Shown: positions 1-8,928 of the stretch, piece by piece
Position numbering within the stretch: the first letter of the stretch is position 1
Layout: each line of letters opens with the position of its first letter
Source of the DNA: Allobaculum fili
GTDB taxonomy: Bacteria > Bacillota_I > Bacilli_A > Erysipelotrichales > Erysipelotrichaceae
Direction: 5' to 3'
Assembly: GCF_020969955.1 (NCBI RefSeq)
Contig: NZ_JAHDSX010000004.1
Span: forward strand, 1 to 32,000
DNA length: 32,000 nt
Made by a program: the position numbers and the translations under genes
Notes under the pieces: generated by a model
Told to the model about the DNA's origin: nothing
The model's database searches: none
Seen by the model: the letters and a program-made list of their open reading frames with translations, nothing else

Positions 1-35
1 ACCGGATCCGAAGTATGAAGAAAACGATGAAGAAT

Positions 36-82
36 AAAAAATACGCCAAGCGGGATCTCGAAAGGGATCCCGTTTAGCGTAT
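36..82 (-). terminator. Intrinsic terminator after the TIR-domain gene (possibly bidirectional)
   Basis: There is an outer stem ATACGC (41-46)/GCGTAT (77-82) and an inner stem CGGGATC (51-57)/GATCCCG (66-72). On the minus strand the hairpin begins right after the TAG stop (83-85) and is followed by a T-run (complement of the A-run at 36-40). Confidence 0.55.
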
Positions 83-2383
83 CTAATATTCAGTCTCGCG
101 TATACCCGTCGATTGTTTGACACTTACGCCAGGCAGTTCATGGCGATCCGAAAGATCCGTATAGATCTGTCTGCACTTTTCACGATATTGGTCTGCCTGA
201 GAAGAATTTCCGAGAACGGAATAGAAAATATCGAGCCTTGAATAAGCCGAGCCAAGGGACATCAGAATATCCGGCAGAGGTTTTGAGGAAGGATAGTTTT
301 CCAGCAGGTATGCTGCACGCAGGCAAAGTTCCATGCCTTCTTGATAGCGGTTCTCGTCATAGCACAGATCGGAGAGATCAAGCAGGGTAACCGCCAGAGA
401 GTTTTGTTCTGAAGGGGAAGGATGAAGGGAGCAGGCTTTTTCATAAAGGGCAATGGCCTTTCGATAACAGGACTCTGCACTGGAAAAATCTTTTTGAAGG
501 TAAAATGTTTTTCCCCCGGTTTTGTAACAGAGCGCACACAGATGTTCCGTAGCGGCAGTATGCAGATCCTCCAGATTTTCCTGTATGTATTCGATCAGTT
601 TGCGCGCTGTCTCTACTGCCTCATCCACATTCCATGAGGAGTTTTGGAGATAGAGAACAGACTGCCAGGCGCATCCGCACAAATATGTATGAAGCAGAGT
701 CGGATCCTGCGCCGAAAGCTTTATCGCCTGATCTAAGGCCTTTTTGACGATCGGGCGAGCTTGTTCCGACCGGTTTCTTTCGCAGAGAAGGTCGGACAAA
801 GTGAGCTCGCAGGTTACCAGAGTACGAATATGCAGAGAAGATTCATCCTGCAAAACAAGACTTTCGAAAATATCCCGTGCCTGTCGATAAAAGGATTCGG
901 CCTGGATCAGGTGCTGCTCTCTTCGTTCCAGTCTTCCCAGGTTGATCAGAAAGAAGCCCAGATCGACTTGGTAGACCGGATGGTTTTCCGCCTGAATCAT
1001 CTGGCGGTTCAGTCGAATTCCATCTTCCAGGCTGTCTCTGGCCTGTTCCAGCTGATTGAGATAGATGTACTGTTCGCCAATTTTCTGGTAAAAGACGCTT
1101 TTCGCACGTATGCAATACAAGGTGTCTTGCAAATTCGTATCCTCGTTGAGCGAAGGGATGCGCTCAAGAAGATTCTGGTCTGCGATTTCTTTTCCCTGCG
1201 TATAGAAGAAAATCGCTTCTTCCATCTGATTGTTCTGGGCAAGAATATCGCCTGCCGTTTCACAGGTTTCGATGCCAGGCTGCAGCTGTGCCGCGGCTTT
1301 TGCCCATAAAGCTGCCTGATCAAAATCCATACGAACACCAATTCCATCGCGATAGATCTTTACGAGTTCCTGAACAGCAGGGAAATAGTTCTGATCGGCT
1401 GCTTTACGGATCAGACGGATGCCTTTTTCATAGTCGATTTCGACATCCAGCCCGTACACATACGCGAGACCGATCAGATAGCAGTTCTTTGGTGTGAACG
1501 GCGTATAGTTTTTCTTCAGTTCGAAAAGCTGATTACGAAGATCGTTCGAATGTATCGGATAAACCGTATGGACGCCTGGAAAAACAGCTTCTAACGCCTT
1601 ACGATTGACGGTTTCATTTTCCATCAGTACCGGCAGAACCTTTTTCTGCAGCTTTACGGCCAGCGGGTACTCGATCTGCCGGACATAGTTTGGCTCGTAG
1701 ACCATATTGTTCGTTACCGCCAGAGCGAACAGATCGCTTTCCTGAAGACTGTTCTGGATGGAAAGGTCGAAGTTTTCACCGGGCTTCAGGAATTCGTCAT
1801 ACCAGATGGCGATGGTATACAGCTGTTCGTCTTCATGAATGACACGCATGAGCTCCTGCGCTTTCTGGCGATCTTTCTTGCGATAGCTCAGAAAAATCCG
1901 GTGCTCGAAGAGGGCGCTGACCTCTTTCTGCAGTTTGTCGTCAAGAAAAGCAGACTCCAGAAATTTCCTGAGTTTCGTTTCGTAGGGGATTTCGGTCACA
2001 TCGGAAGAAATCGGACAGATTGCCTGGACGGTTCCGCACTTCTCGTTAAATTCTTCGGTTAAAGAAAGGTCCGTCAGTACAGGGAGAAAGGGAATGTTCT
2101 TTACCTGAATCATCCGGAAAACCGTTGAAAAAGCGAGACAGTCCCCCTTCAGAAAATTTTCTGTGATCGGAATGACAATCAGGTTCATCAAGGACAGATC
2201 GAACACGTAATTGTCGAGATCTTCCGGGTGATCCGGATCCGGATCAAAATAAACTGTGCTTGGACAATAGCGAAGAATATCGTTCGTGATTCTCTCGAAC
2301 CAAATCGGAAAATCATCTGGATGAGCGGTAAAGTACACTTTGGCTTTGCCATGCGGATTCGAATGCTCAGGTTTCGTTTTCAT
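83..2383 (-). CDS. Tandem TIR-domain / Sel1-repeat / TPR-repeat protein (766 aa, cytoplasmic)
   Basis: I trimmed the ORF to the ATG at 2383 (MKTKPEH...), which follows AGGAGA with about 6 nt spacing. Residues ~162-255 (nt 1619-1900) read IFLSYRKKD...IWYDEFLKPGE...SDLFALAVT...NYVRQIEYPLA...VLPVL, which is the TIR_2 layout with a Glu in the SxWCxxE-equivalent position (codon 1670-1672). Residues ~14-105 (nt 2069-2344) form a second TIR-like fold (VYFTAHPDD...LIVIPIT...IPFLPVL) that lacks that Glu. Residues ~300-365 are two Sel1-like repeats (LAYVYGLDVEIDYEKGIRLIRKAADQNY...). The C-terminal ~400 aa are TPR-like helical repeats (AESFYRQARDIFESL, AESCYRKAIALYEKA). No signal peptide or TM segment is present. 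Confidence 0.85.
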   Translation of the reverse strand: MKTKPEHSNPHGKAKVYFTAHPDDFPIWFERITNDILRYCPSTVYFDPDPDHPEDLDNYVFDLSLMNLIVIPITENFLKGDCLAFSTVFRMIQVKNIPFLPVLTDLSLTEEFNEKCGTVQAICPISSDVTEIPYETKLRKFLESAFLDDKLQKEVSALFEHRIFLSYRKKDRQKAQELMRVIHEDEQLYTIAIWYDEFLKPGENFDLSIQNSLQESDLFALAVTNNMVYEPNYVRQIEYPLAVKLQKKVLPVLMENETVNRKALEAVFPGVHTVYPIHSNDLRNQLFELKKNYTPFTPKNCYLIGLAYVYGLDVEIDYEKGIRLIRKAADQNYFPAVQELVKIYRDGIGVRMDFDQAALWAKAAAQLQPGIETCETAGDILAQNNQMEEAIFFYTQGKEIADQNLLERIPSLNEDTNLQDTLYCIRAKSVFYQKIGEQYIYLNQLEQARDSLEDGIRLNRQMIQAENHPVYQVDLGFFLINLGRLERREQHLIQAESFYRQARDIFESLVLQDESSLHIRTLVTCELTLSDLLCERNRSEQARPIVKKALDQAIKLSAQDPTLLHTYLCGCAWQSVLYLQNSSWNVDEAVETARKLIEYIQENLEDLHTAATEHLCALCYKTGGKTFYLQKDFSSAESCYRKAIALYEKACSLHPSPSEQNSLAVTLLDLSDLCYDENRYQEGMELCLRAAYLLENYPSSKPLPDILMSLGSAYSRLDIFYSVLGNSSQADQYREKCRQIYTDLSDRHELPGVSVKQSTGIRETEY

Positions 2384-2629
2384 ACATTTCTCCTGTCTGA
2401 AGTAAGACTCTTCTTTTACTGTACACAGATCCCGCAAATCAGAAGCATGTTTTTTGACACTCCAGCAAAATCGCATTCCAGCCTGCTCTCTGGGGGACAG
2501 AATTCGGATTCCTGCTTTCATCTCTTGCGGGCGGTAAAGCGGAGAGGATGAAGAGCGGCTTCTATAATGAAGCTGACAGGTTTTACCCCAAAAGATGTCC
2601 TTTACTACTGGAAATGAGGGAAGAAATGT

Positions 2630-5053
2630 ATGGATTGGAAAAATAATTTTGATCGGGAGACGCTTTTTAACGGCTATTTACTGTTTCGGCAGGGAAGAGT
2701 CAGCCCGATTTATCGACAGGGCGATTACTGCTTTGCGATCGTCGATGGAAGAGAAAAAGTTCGTGCCCGTCTGGTGGACGATACCATCTCGGATCTGCAG
2801 TGCACCTGCCTTCCTTCCAGGGAAGGAAGACTCTGCGCGCACCAAGCGGCCTTTCTCTTTGCGCTGGAAAATACATTAGAAAATCAAAGACAGTCAGCTC
2901 CTGCAGCTGCAGAAAATCGGAACCATCCAGAAGAAGAAGAGGAAAAAGACTTCGAAGAGATGGACAGGGAAGCGGACGATTCAAATCGTGCAGATCAGGA
3001 TCTGGAAACGGAGGAACATACCGAAGCCGATCAAGAGGACACGGATCCGTATTTCGCCGAGCCAGATGAGCCGGAAGATTCCGTTGAACAGTGGAGGCGT
3101 CGTTTTGCGCAAAATCCAGGTTTAAGACGCTATCCGTACAATTTGGAAAATACGACAGAAAATTCGAACTCGAATTTCACCAATCCAAATGAATTTGAGC
3201 CGGAACAAGCCGCCTCTCCTGCGCAGTCCGAAGACGAATACGAACAGCCGGTCCTCGAACGCCCAGAAACTCCGTGGAAAAACCCGTTTCTGGATTCGCT
3301 GCTTAGTCCCCAAGGTCTGTTTGGGCAGGATGAGTCCGAAGCGACAAATCCATATGGAAGAAACAGAGAGGATCATCCCGTCGAATCGGCAATTCCTCCC
3401 AAAACGCAAATGCCTCGGGGTGCGGCAGTAACCTCTTTGGCACCAGATAAAGAAGCAATCTCTGGAGCGGATTCAGACGTTTCTGTAAAGGAAAACTTCG
3501 GCGCCCAGACGATGGAACCCAAAGCCCCTGTCCAGCCGGAGGAAGAAGCAGAAGATTCTTCAAACACGACTTACAGCGCCGCAAACAAATCCGAAGGCGC
3601 AAAAGAGCCAGCTCCCGAAAAAGAAACCGAGCAGCCAAATGTACAGGAGGAGACCTCACGCCAGACAAGCCAGACTTCGTTTGAAGCATCGATTGACTAT
3701 TCCAGCCTTTCGTCTCTGGTCGATTCGTTCTCACTGGAAGATCTTGCCGGTCTTGTGAAGGAATACGGAACGATGCATCCCGAAATGCAGGACTTCCTGA
3801 CCGCAAGCATCGCCAAATCGCATGCTGAAGAGGCACAGGATCTTCTGGAACGTCGGGCGATGCAGAAGATTGCTGAAATTTTGCAGGATCATCCGGAAAG
3901 CCGCTGCGGAAGCCGAGAAATCCGCAGCTTTGAAAACTGGATGGAAGAGCAGTGCGATGTCCTGGTCCGCAATGGCTCCGCCATTCTGGCTGCAGAACTG
4001 CTGGAAAGCATCCTCCTGACGCTGGAACGAACCGCGACCGTATCGAACGCGTCGTTTGTTCTGTCCTGCGGCGAATTTGTTCTGGATCTTTTAGAGAAAA
4101 TTGCGCTCCGGGCCGAACCGGCATTAATTAAAGAGCTGTTTTCCTGGATCGAATACCAGCTGGAAGCCAATAACCTTCCGGATTTCAAGGACCGTCTCGT
4201 GACCCTGACGGAACGCAACTGTTTTGATATCGCCGATTTGCAGGAAGTGCGATACCAGTCTCTCGTCCGTCTGTACGGAACGTCGCGAAAAGAAGGCAAA
4301 CTGCATGCCTACCGGGATCGTCTGCTTCGTTCCATTCTGGATCTCGAAAAAGAAAATCCGGAATATGAACGCGCCACATCCGCTTTTGAAAAAACGTACG
4401 GAATGCTTCCGGAAGTTCTCATTCTCAAGGCGGTCGATGCGCTGAATGAAAACGATCCGAAAGAAGCCGTCCAGCTTCTGAATCAGAGCCGGCGCAAGGG
4501 AATGAGCGCTTCTGAGGAAGAAAAAGTCATGCGGCTGATGATTCAGGCGCAGCTTAAACTTTCCCATCCGGAAAAGGCCGTCCAGGAGCTTTACGAACTG
4601 ATCTTTGTTTTACAAAACGGACGGCTCGAAGATCTCCAGCTTCTTCATGAACTGGATTCGAACGATCAGTGGAAAGACGATCTGGAAAAGATTGAAAAGA
4701 GCGTGGATGAAGACGTACTGATTGAACTGTACGATTTCCTGAAGGAAGACGAAAAGCTTCTCGATCTGATGGAAAAATCGAAAAACTATTACCACCTCTC
4801 GCGTTTTGCAGACCGTCTGTCGGGTGTTGACCCGGATCGAACCGCCGCTCTTTGGCTGAACTATGCAAAAGAGAGTGCGGCAAGCGCGCATTCGAGAAAA
4901 GCGTATCGCCGAAGTGCCATCGCTTTTGAGAAAGCGTCTCAAAGCGAAACATTAAAGGATCAGGTAAAGGAAGCTGTTCATAAGACAAGAGAAGACCACC
5001 GTCGCCAGCATGCCTTTATCGAAGAACTCGATCGTCTTGGCATTGTCAAATAG
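2630..5053 (+). CDS. SWIM zinc-finger protein with a long acidic disordered linker and a C-terminal helical-repeat domain (807 aa)
   Basis: The ATG at 2630 is preceded by GAGGGAAG. The SWIM signature CxC-x8-CxH appears in LQCTCLPSREGRLCAHQAA (nt 2801-2842). Nucleotides ~2882-3690 encode an E/D/P/S/T-rich low-complexity stretch. Nucleotides ~3700-5050 encode an alpha-helical TPR/HEAT-like region. The stop is TAG at 5051-5053. Confidence 0.85.
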   Translation: MDWKNNFDRETLFNGYLLFRQGRVSPIYRQGDYCFAIVDGREKVRARLVDDTISDLQCTCLPSREGRLCAHQAAFLFALENTLENQRQSAPAAAENRNHPEEEEEKDFEEMDREADDSNRADQDLETEEHTEADQEDTDPYFAEPDEPEDSVEQWRRRFAQNPGLRRYPYNLENTTENSNSNFTNPNEFEPEQAASPAQSEDEYEQPVLERPETPWKNPFLDSLLSPQGLFGQDESEATNPYGRNREDHPVESAIPPKTQMPRGAAVTSLAPDKEAISGADSDVSVKENFGAQTMEPKAPVQPEEEAEDSSNTTYSAANKSEGAKEPAPEKETEQPNVQEETSRQTSQTSFEASIDYSSLSSLVDSFSLEDLAGLVKEYGTMHPEMQDFLTASIAKSHAEEAQDLLERRAMQKIAEILQDHPESRCGSREIRSFENWMEEQCDVLVRNGSAILAAELLESILLTLERTATVSNASFVLSCGEFVLDLLEKIALRAEPALIKELFSWIEYQLEANNLPDFKDRLVTLTERNCFDIADLQEVRYQSLVRLYGTSRKEGKLHAYRDRLLRSILDLEKENPEYERATSAFEKTYGMLPEVLILKAVDALNENDPKEAVQLLNQSRRKGMSASEEEKVMRLMIQAQLKLSHPEKAVQELYELIFVLQNGRLEDLQLLHELDSNDQWKDDLEKIEKSVDEDVLIELYDFLKEDEKLLDLMEKSKNYYHLSRFADRLSGVDPDRTAALWLNYAKESAASAHSRKAYRRSAIAFEKASQSETLKDQVKEAVHKTREDHRRQHAFIEELDRLGIVK

Positions 5054-5090
5054 AACCCGGCCGACTAGATCTGTTAAAAATGAATCCAAC

Positions 5091-5142
5091 AAAAAACGGG
5101 ACTTCCGTTCTGCATCATGCAGAGGGAAGTCCCTTCTTTTTT
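5091..5142. terminator. Bidirectional intrinsic terminator shared by the convergent SWIM and pfp genes
   Basis: The hairpin has an outer stem GGGACTTCC (5098-5106)/GGAAGTCCC (5125-5133) and an inner stem CTGCA/TGCAG. It is flanked by an A6 run (5091-5096) and a T6 run (5137-5142), so it can terminate transcription from either direction. Confidence 0.75.
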
Positions 5143-5199
5143 GTCTGTGAATTTAGGAAAAGGAACAAGGAAAGCAGTAATCCTGTTCAAGTTTATAAA

Positions 5200-6858
5200 T
5201 TATTCCTGTTCGAGTTTAAGTGTTTTTGTGGTGAGATCGCAGACTTCTTCTGGTCCGTAGTACTGGATTGCACCTGGGAAGGTGTAGCAGGTTTCTACAG
5301 CCCACTGGTCGCGGTTGGCTTCGAAGAATTTGAACGGCTTGCCGTCGAGTTCGACGAGCGCTTTCTTGATAACCGGTTTGTCTTCGCCATGACGACGTTC
5401 GATGTTCATCATCTTGGTGATCGGCATGCCGCCGGCTACCCATTCGGATGCTGGTTTGGACAGGTTGGAAATCTTGGAGAGGTATCCAGTGAATCCGTTC
5501 TGGATCAGCAGGAATGCGTTGTAGCCAAGGGAGTAGCAGTAGTCGGAGTCAAAGTTCGAAGGGAATGCGCAGCGTCCTTCGTAACCGAAGAAGTGGTGCA
5601 GCGGGTTGAACTTGCCGGTGTAGGTACCTTTGGCAGCGCGTGCCTTGAGTTCATTGGCAACGAGAGCGGAGAACAGTTTTTCCGATTCGATCAGAGATAC
5701 CTGTACGTTTCCGTGCGGGTCTCTTTCGAGGAACAGCTGCTGCTGGATGTTTTCCGGCAGAATTGCGAAGACTTTGAATGCGTCTTCGCTCAGACCGTTC
5801 TTGATGAACTCATATTTTTCTTTCCATGTTGGAAGAGCGTTGAACGCGTCGGCTTTGCTTCCGGCAAGAAGTTCGTTGATTTCAGCGATCAGAGCGGAGA
5901 ATTCAGGAACGAATTCAACTACGCCTTCCGGAATGATAACAACACCGAAGTTGTTGCCGTTGGCAGCACGTTTTTCTACGGAATCGGCGATGTAGTTGGC
6001 GATTTCGGAGAGAGACATTTTCTTCGCAGCGACTTCTTCGGAAATGAGGCAGATGTTTGGCTGTGTCTCAAGAGCAGCTTCCAGTGCTACGTGAGAAGCA
6101 GAACGGCCCATAACCTTGATGAAGTGCCAGTATTTCTTAGCGGAGTTGGCATCGCGTTCGATGTTTCCGATCAGTTCACTGTATGTCTTTGTAGCGGTAT
6201 CGAAACCAAAGGAGATTTCAATGTCGTCGTTTTTCAGGTCGCCGTCGATCGTTTTTGGAGCGCCGATTACCTGTACGCCAGTGTTGTGTGCAGCAAAGTA
6301 TTCGGCAAGAACGGCTGCGTTGGTGTTGGAGTCATCGCCGCCGATGATTACGATGGCGTTGATGCCGTGCTTTTTCGCTACTTCTGCAGCAACCGTGAAC
6401 TGTTCTTCTGTTTCAAGTTTTGTACGGCCGGAACCGATGATATCGAATCCGCCTGTGTTGCGGTAAGCGTTGATATAGTCGTCATCGAATACAATGAAGT
6501 CATCTTCGATCAGACCGCTTGGACCGTTTTTGAAACCGATCAGAACGTTGTCCGGGTTAGCGGCTTTCAGAGCATCGTAGAGACCGCTGATTACATTGTG
6601 GCCGCCTGGCGCCTGTCCGCCGGAAAGGATAACACCGACAACCTGTTTGCCTTCTGGTGCTGTGCTTTCGCCTTTAACGAAAGTGATTTCTTTCTTTCCG
6701 TAAGTATTCGGGAAGAGTTTCTGGATTGCTTCCTGGTCCGCAACGGACTGGGTAGGTTCGCCTTCCTTAACCGCAATGCTGGAAATGCCGTGACGAAGCA
6801 TTCCCGGAAGCTTTGGCTGGTAAGCGTAGCGAGCTTTCTGTAACGGGGAAATTGTCAT
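5200..6858 (-). CDS. pfp: Diphosphate--fructose-6-phosphate 1-phosphotransferase (PPi-dependent phosphofructokinase, long ~550-aa type)
   Basis: The 552-aa product carries the motifs [24 protein letters not shown] (GGDD rather than GGDG), [10 protein letters not shown] and [11 protein letters not shown]. The Asp and Lys variants are the PPi-specificity determinants. AAGGAG lies 7 nt upstream of the ATG at 6858. Confidence 0.93.
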   Translation of the reverse strand: MTISPLQKARYAYQPKLPGMLRHGISSIAVKEGEPTQSVADQEAIQKLFPNTYGKKEITFVKGESTAPEGKQVVGVILSGGQAPGGHNVISGLYDALKAANPDNVLIGFKNGPSGLIEDDFIVFDDDYINAYRNTGGFDIIGSGRTKLETEEQFTVAAEVAKKHGINAIVIIGGDDSNTNAAVLAEYFAAHNTGVQVIGAPKTIDGDLKNDDIEISFGFDTATKTYSELIGNIERDANSAKKYWHFIKVMGRSASHVALEAALETQPNICLISEEVAAKKMSLSEIANYIADSVEKRAANGNNFGVVIIPEGVVEFVPEFSALIAEINELLAGSKADAFNALPTWKEKYEFIKNGLSEDAFKVFAILPENIQQQLFLERDPHGNVQVSLIESEKLFSALVANELKARAAKGTYTGKFNPLHHFFGYEGRCAFPSNFDSDYCYSLGYNAFLLIQNGFTGYLSKISNLSKPASEWVAGGMPITKMMNIERRHGEDKPVIKKALVELDGKPFKFFEANRDQWAVETCYTFPGAIQYYGPEEVCDLTTKTLKLEQE

Positions 6859-6884
6859 TTCTATACTCCTTCTTAATCGCTCAA

Positions 6885-6913
6885 ATCATAAGATAACCGG
6901 TCAGAATTGTAAA
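6885..6913 (-). promoter_or_regulatory. Candidate sigma-A promoter for pfp
   Basis: The minus strand reads TTTACA (6913-6908), a 17-nt spacer, then TATGAT (6890-6885). This is about 25 nt upstream of the pfp ribosome-binding site. Confidence 0.4.
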
Positions 6914-7081
6914 TCCTCAAAGAGAAAGGGCTGTCATTGCATGGCAGCGAGGAGAACAGAGTACTCAATAAGGACTTCGATTCCAGAACCGGCCTTTCCA
7001 TTTTACGCTATCTGGACATACGGTTTCAAATTCCTGAAAATTCGATCCCATTATACGAGCAGATAAACAGCACGATTCGAC

Positions 7082-7111
7082 AAAAAAGCACCTGACTTAA
7101 CGACAGATGCT
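7082..7111 (-). terminator. Intrinsic terminator after the aminotransferase gene
   Basis: The minus strand reads AGCATCTG-loop-CAGGTGCT (one mismatch) followed by TTTTTT, about 15 nt after the TAA stop at 7127-7129. Confidence 0.55.
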
Positions 7112-7126
7112 TAATTTCAATCGGGT

Positions 7127-8326
7127 TTATTCGATAACGATTTCTTCTTCGATGAGAACTTCTTCTGGCTGCTTCAGACTGGCTACGAACGCTTCAATGC
7201 GATCGCAGGCTTCCTTGAGGTTTTCGTAGGACGTCGCATACGAAATACGGACGAAGCCTTCGCCATGTTCGCCAAAAGCGGTGCCGGGAACGACAGCGAC
7301 TTTCTGCTCTTCGAGCAGACGGACGCAGAACTGATCCGAAGTCAGACCGGTCGAGGTGATATCCGGGAACGCGTAGAACGTGCCGCGCGGAACGTTCGTG
7401 CGCAGTCCCATGCGGTTCAGCCGGGCGCAGAGCAGATTGCGGCGCCGTTCGTATTCCTTTTTCATCTCTTCCGTATCTTCCAGACCGGATCCGAGTGCTT
7501 CAATCGCCGCATACTGGGCGGCCGTCGGCGCGGACATGATGATGAACTGATGAACCTTGGTCAGCTGGCTGTTGATTTCCGCGTTGCAGAGCAGATAGCC
7601 GAGGCGCCATCCGGTCATCGCAAAGGCTTTAGAAAAGCCGTTGATGACGAGAACCTGATCCTTGATGGAATCAAAGGAAGCCGGCGAGCAGAATTCGCCT
7701 TCAAACGTAAGTTCTGCATAAATTTCGTCGGAAACAATATAAATTCCGGATTCTTCAAAAATCGGTACGAGTTTTTCGTAGTCTTCACGGCCCATCGTTC
7801 CTCCCGTCGGATTGGAAGGGAAGTTGAGCATGATGCATTTGGTCTTTTCCGTTAAAGCGGCTTTCAGATCTTCCGGGGTCAGTTTGAAGTCGTTATCCTG
7901 CGTCAGTTCGATATAGACCGGAACGCCTCCAGCCATGATGATCGCCGGTTCATACGCCACGTAGTTCGGGTCGAGAACAATGACTTCATCGCCAGGATTG
8001 ATCAGGGTGCGGAAGCACAGATCCACAGCTTCAGATCCGCCGACGGTAACCAGTGCTTCCTTTTTCGGATCGTAGTCCACGCCGAAGCGGTTATGGTAGT
8101 ATTCGCAGATCGCTTCGCGCAGTTCAATCAGACCGCGGTTTGCGGTGTAGTGGGTATAGCCGCTCTGCATCGATTCAATAGCCGCGTTGGAAATGTGCCA
8201 GGGCGTATTGAAATCTGGTTCGCCGATACCCAGGGAAATGACGCCTTCCATGGAGTTGGCCAGATCGAAATACTTTCGGATACCGCTTGGCTTCATGGTT
8301 TTGATAACTTGATTGATCGGTTTCAT
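7127..8326 (-). CDS. Pyridoxal-phosphate-dependent class I/II aminotransferase (AlaT/YugH-like or aspartate-aminotransferase-like)
   Basis: The 399-aa product has SGIRKYFDL...LGIGEPDFNTP at the N-terminus and the PLP-lysine block FSKAFAMTGWRLGY. Its start codon overlaps the stop of the upstream Lrp gene (ATGA at 8323-8326). Confidence 0.93.
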   Translation of the reverse strand: MKPINQVIKTMKPSGIRKYFDLANSMEGVISLGIGEPDFNTPWHISNAAIESMQSGYTHYTANRGLIELREAICEYYHNRFGVDYDPKKEALVTVGGSEAVDLCFRTLINPGDEVIVLDPNYVAYEPAIIMAGGVPVYIELTQDNDFKLTPEDLKAALTEKTKCIMLNFPSNPTGGTMGREDYEKLVPIFEESGIYIVSDEIYAELTFEGEFCSPASFDSIKDQVLVINGFSKAFAMTGWRLGYLLCNAEINSQLTKVHQFIIMSAPTAAQYAAIEALGSGLEDTEEMKKEYERRRNLLCARLNRMGLRTNVPRGTFYAFPDITSTGLTSDQFCVRLLEEQKVAVVPGTAFGEHGEGFVRISYATSYENLKEACDRIEAFVASLKQPEEVLIEEEIVIE

Positions 8327-8823
8327 CAGTAGCTCACCACCAGTCGGTCTTCTTTTTTGTCCGGCCTGCCGGCACCGGTCAGAATGCCGGACTGCTTGTA
8401 CTGCTTCAGAACAAACAGAGTCTTTGTGGACTGTACGTCTTCAATGCAGGCAATTTTGTCGGAAACAAACGAGCAGACTTCAAACATCGTTTTCCCCTCA
8501 ACGAGAAGAATGAAGTCCTTGTCGCCGGTAATCAGGTACATCGAATTGACTTCCGGATAGCCGGCGATGAGATTCGCGGTATAGTCGTATCCTTTATCTT
8601 TCATCGGGCGTACGCCGACTTCGATGAAAGCAAGAATTTTCTGATCTTTCTGAACTTTGTTGTAGTTAATGACGGTATGGTAGCCGCAGATGATTTTTTC
8701 CTCTTCCAGGCTTCGAACGGCATCGTAGACATCTTTCTCGTCTTCATGAAGAATGTCTGCCAGATCGCGGGCATTCAGACGGGCGTCTTTTTCGAGCAGT
8801 TCCAAAATTGAACGAAAATCCAT
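8326..8823 (-). CDS. Lrp/AsnC-family transcriptional regulator (AlaR/YugG-like position upstream of the aminotransferase)
   Basis: I trimmed the ORF to the ATG at 8823 (MDFRSILELLEKDARLNARDLA...), which follows AAAGGAG. The product has an N-terminal HTH_AsnC and a C-terminal RAM-like domain (AFIEV...MYLITGDKDFILLVE). It is 165 aa and is translationally coupled to the aminotransferase. Confidence 0.9.
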   Translation of the reverse strand: MDFRSILELLEKDARLNARDLADILHEDEKDVYDAVRSLEEEKIICGYHTVINYNKVQKDQKILAFIEVGVRPMKDKGYDYTANLIAGYPEVNSMYLITGDKDFILLVEGKTMFEVCSFVSDKIACIEDVQSTKTLFVLKQYKQSGILTGAGRPDKKEDRLVVSY

Positions 8824-8928
8824 GGAAAACTCCTTTCCGGCGCTCATGCGCGCAGGTAATAATGTTCCTATTATAAGCGCATTTGATTTTCGATTCGTGC
8901 AAAGCCCGGAACACAGGGAAGAAAAGAA

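Noticed and set aside
1-82. A possible 3' end of a plus-strand gene at the window edge. The frame starting at nt 2 reads PDPKYEENDEE and stops at 35-37. The frame starting at nt 3 stays open to 75-77.
   Set aside because: This is too short to identify, and two frames are open. The hairpin at 41-82 favours the stop at 35-37, but I cannot support a CDS call.
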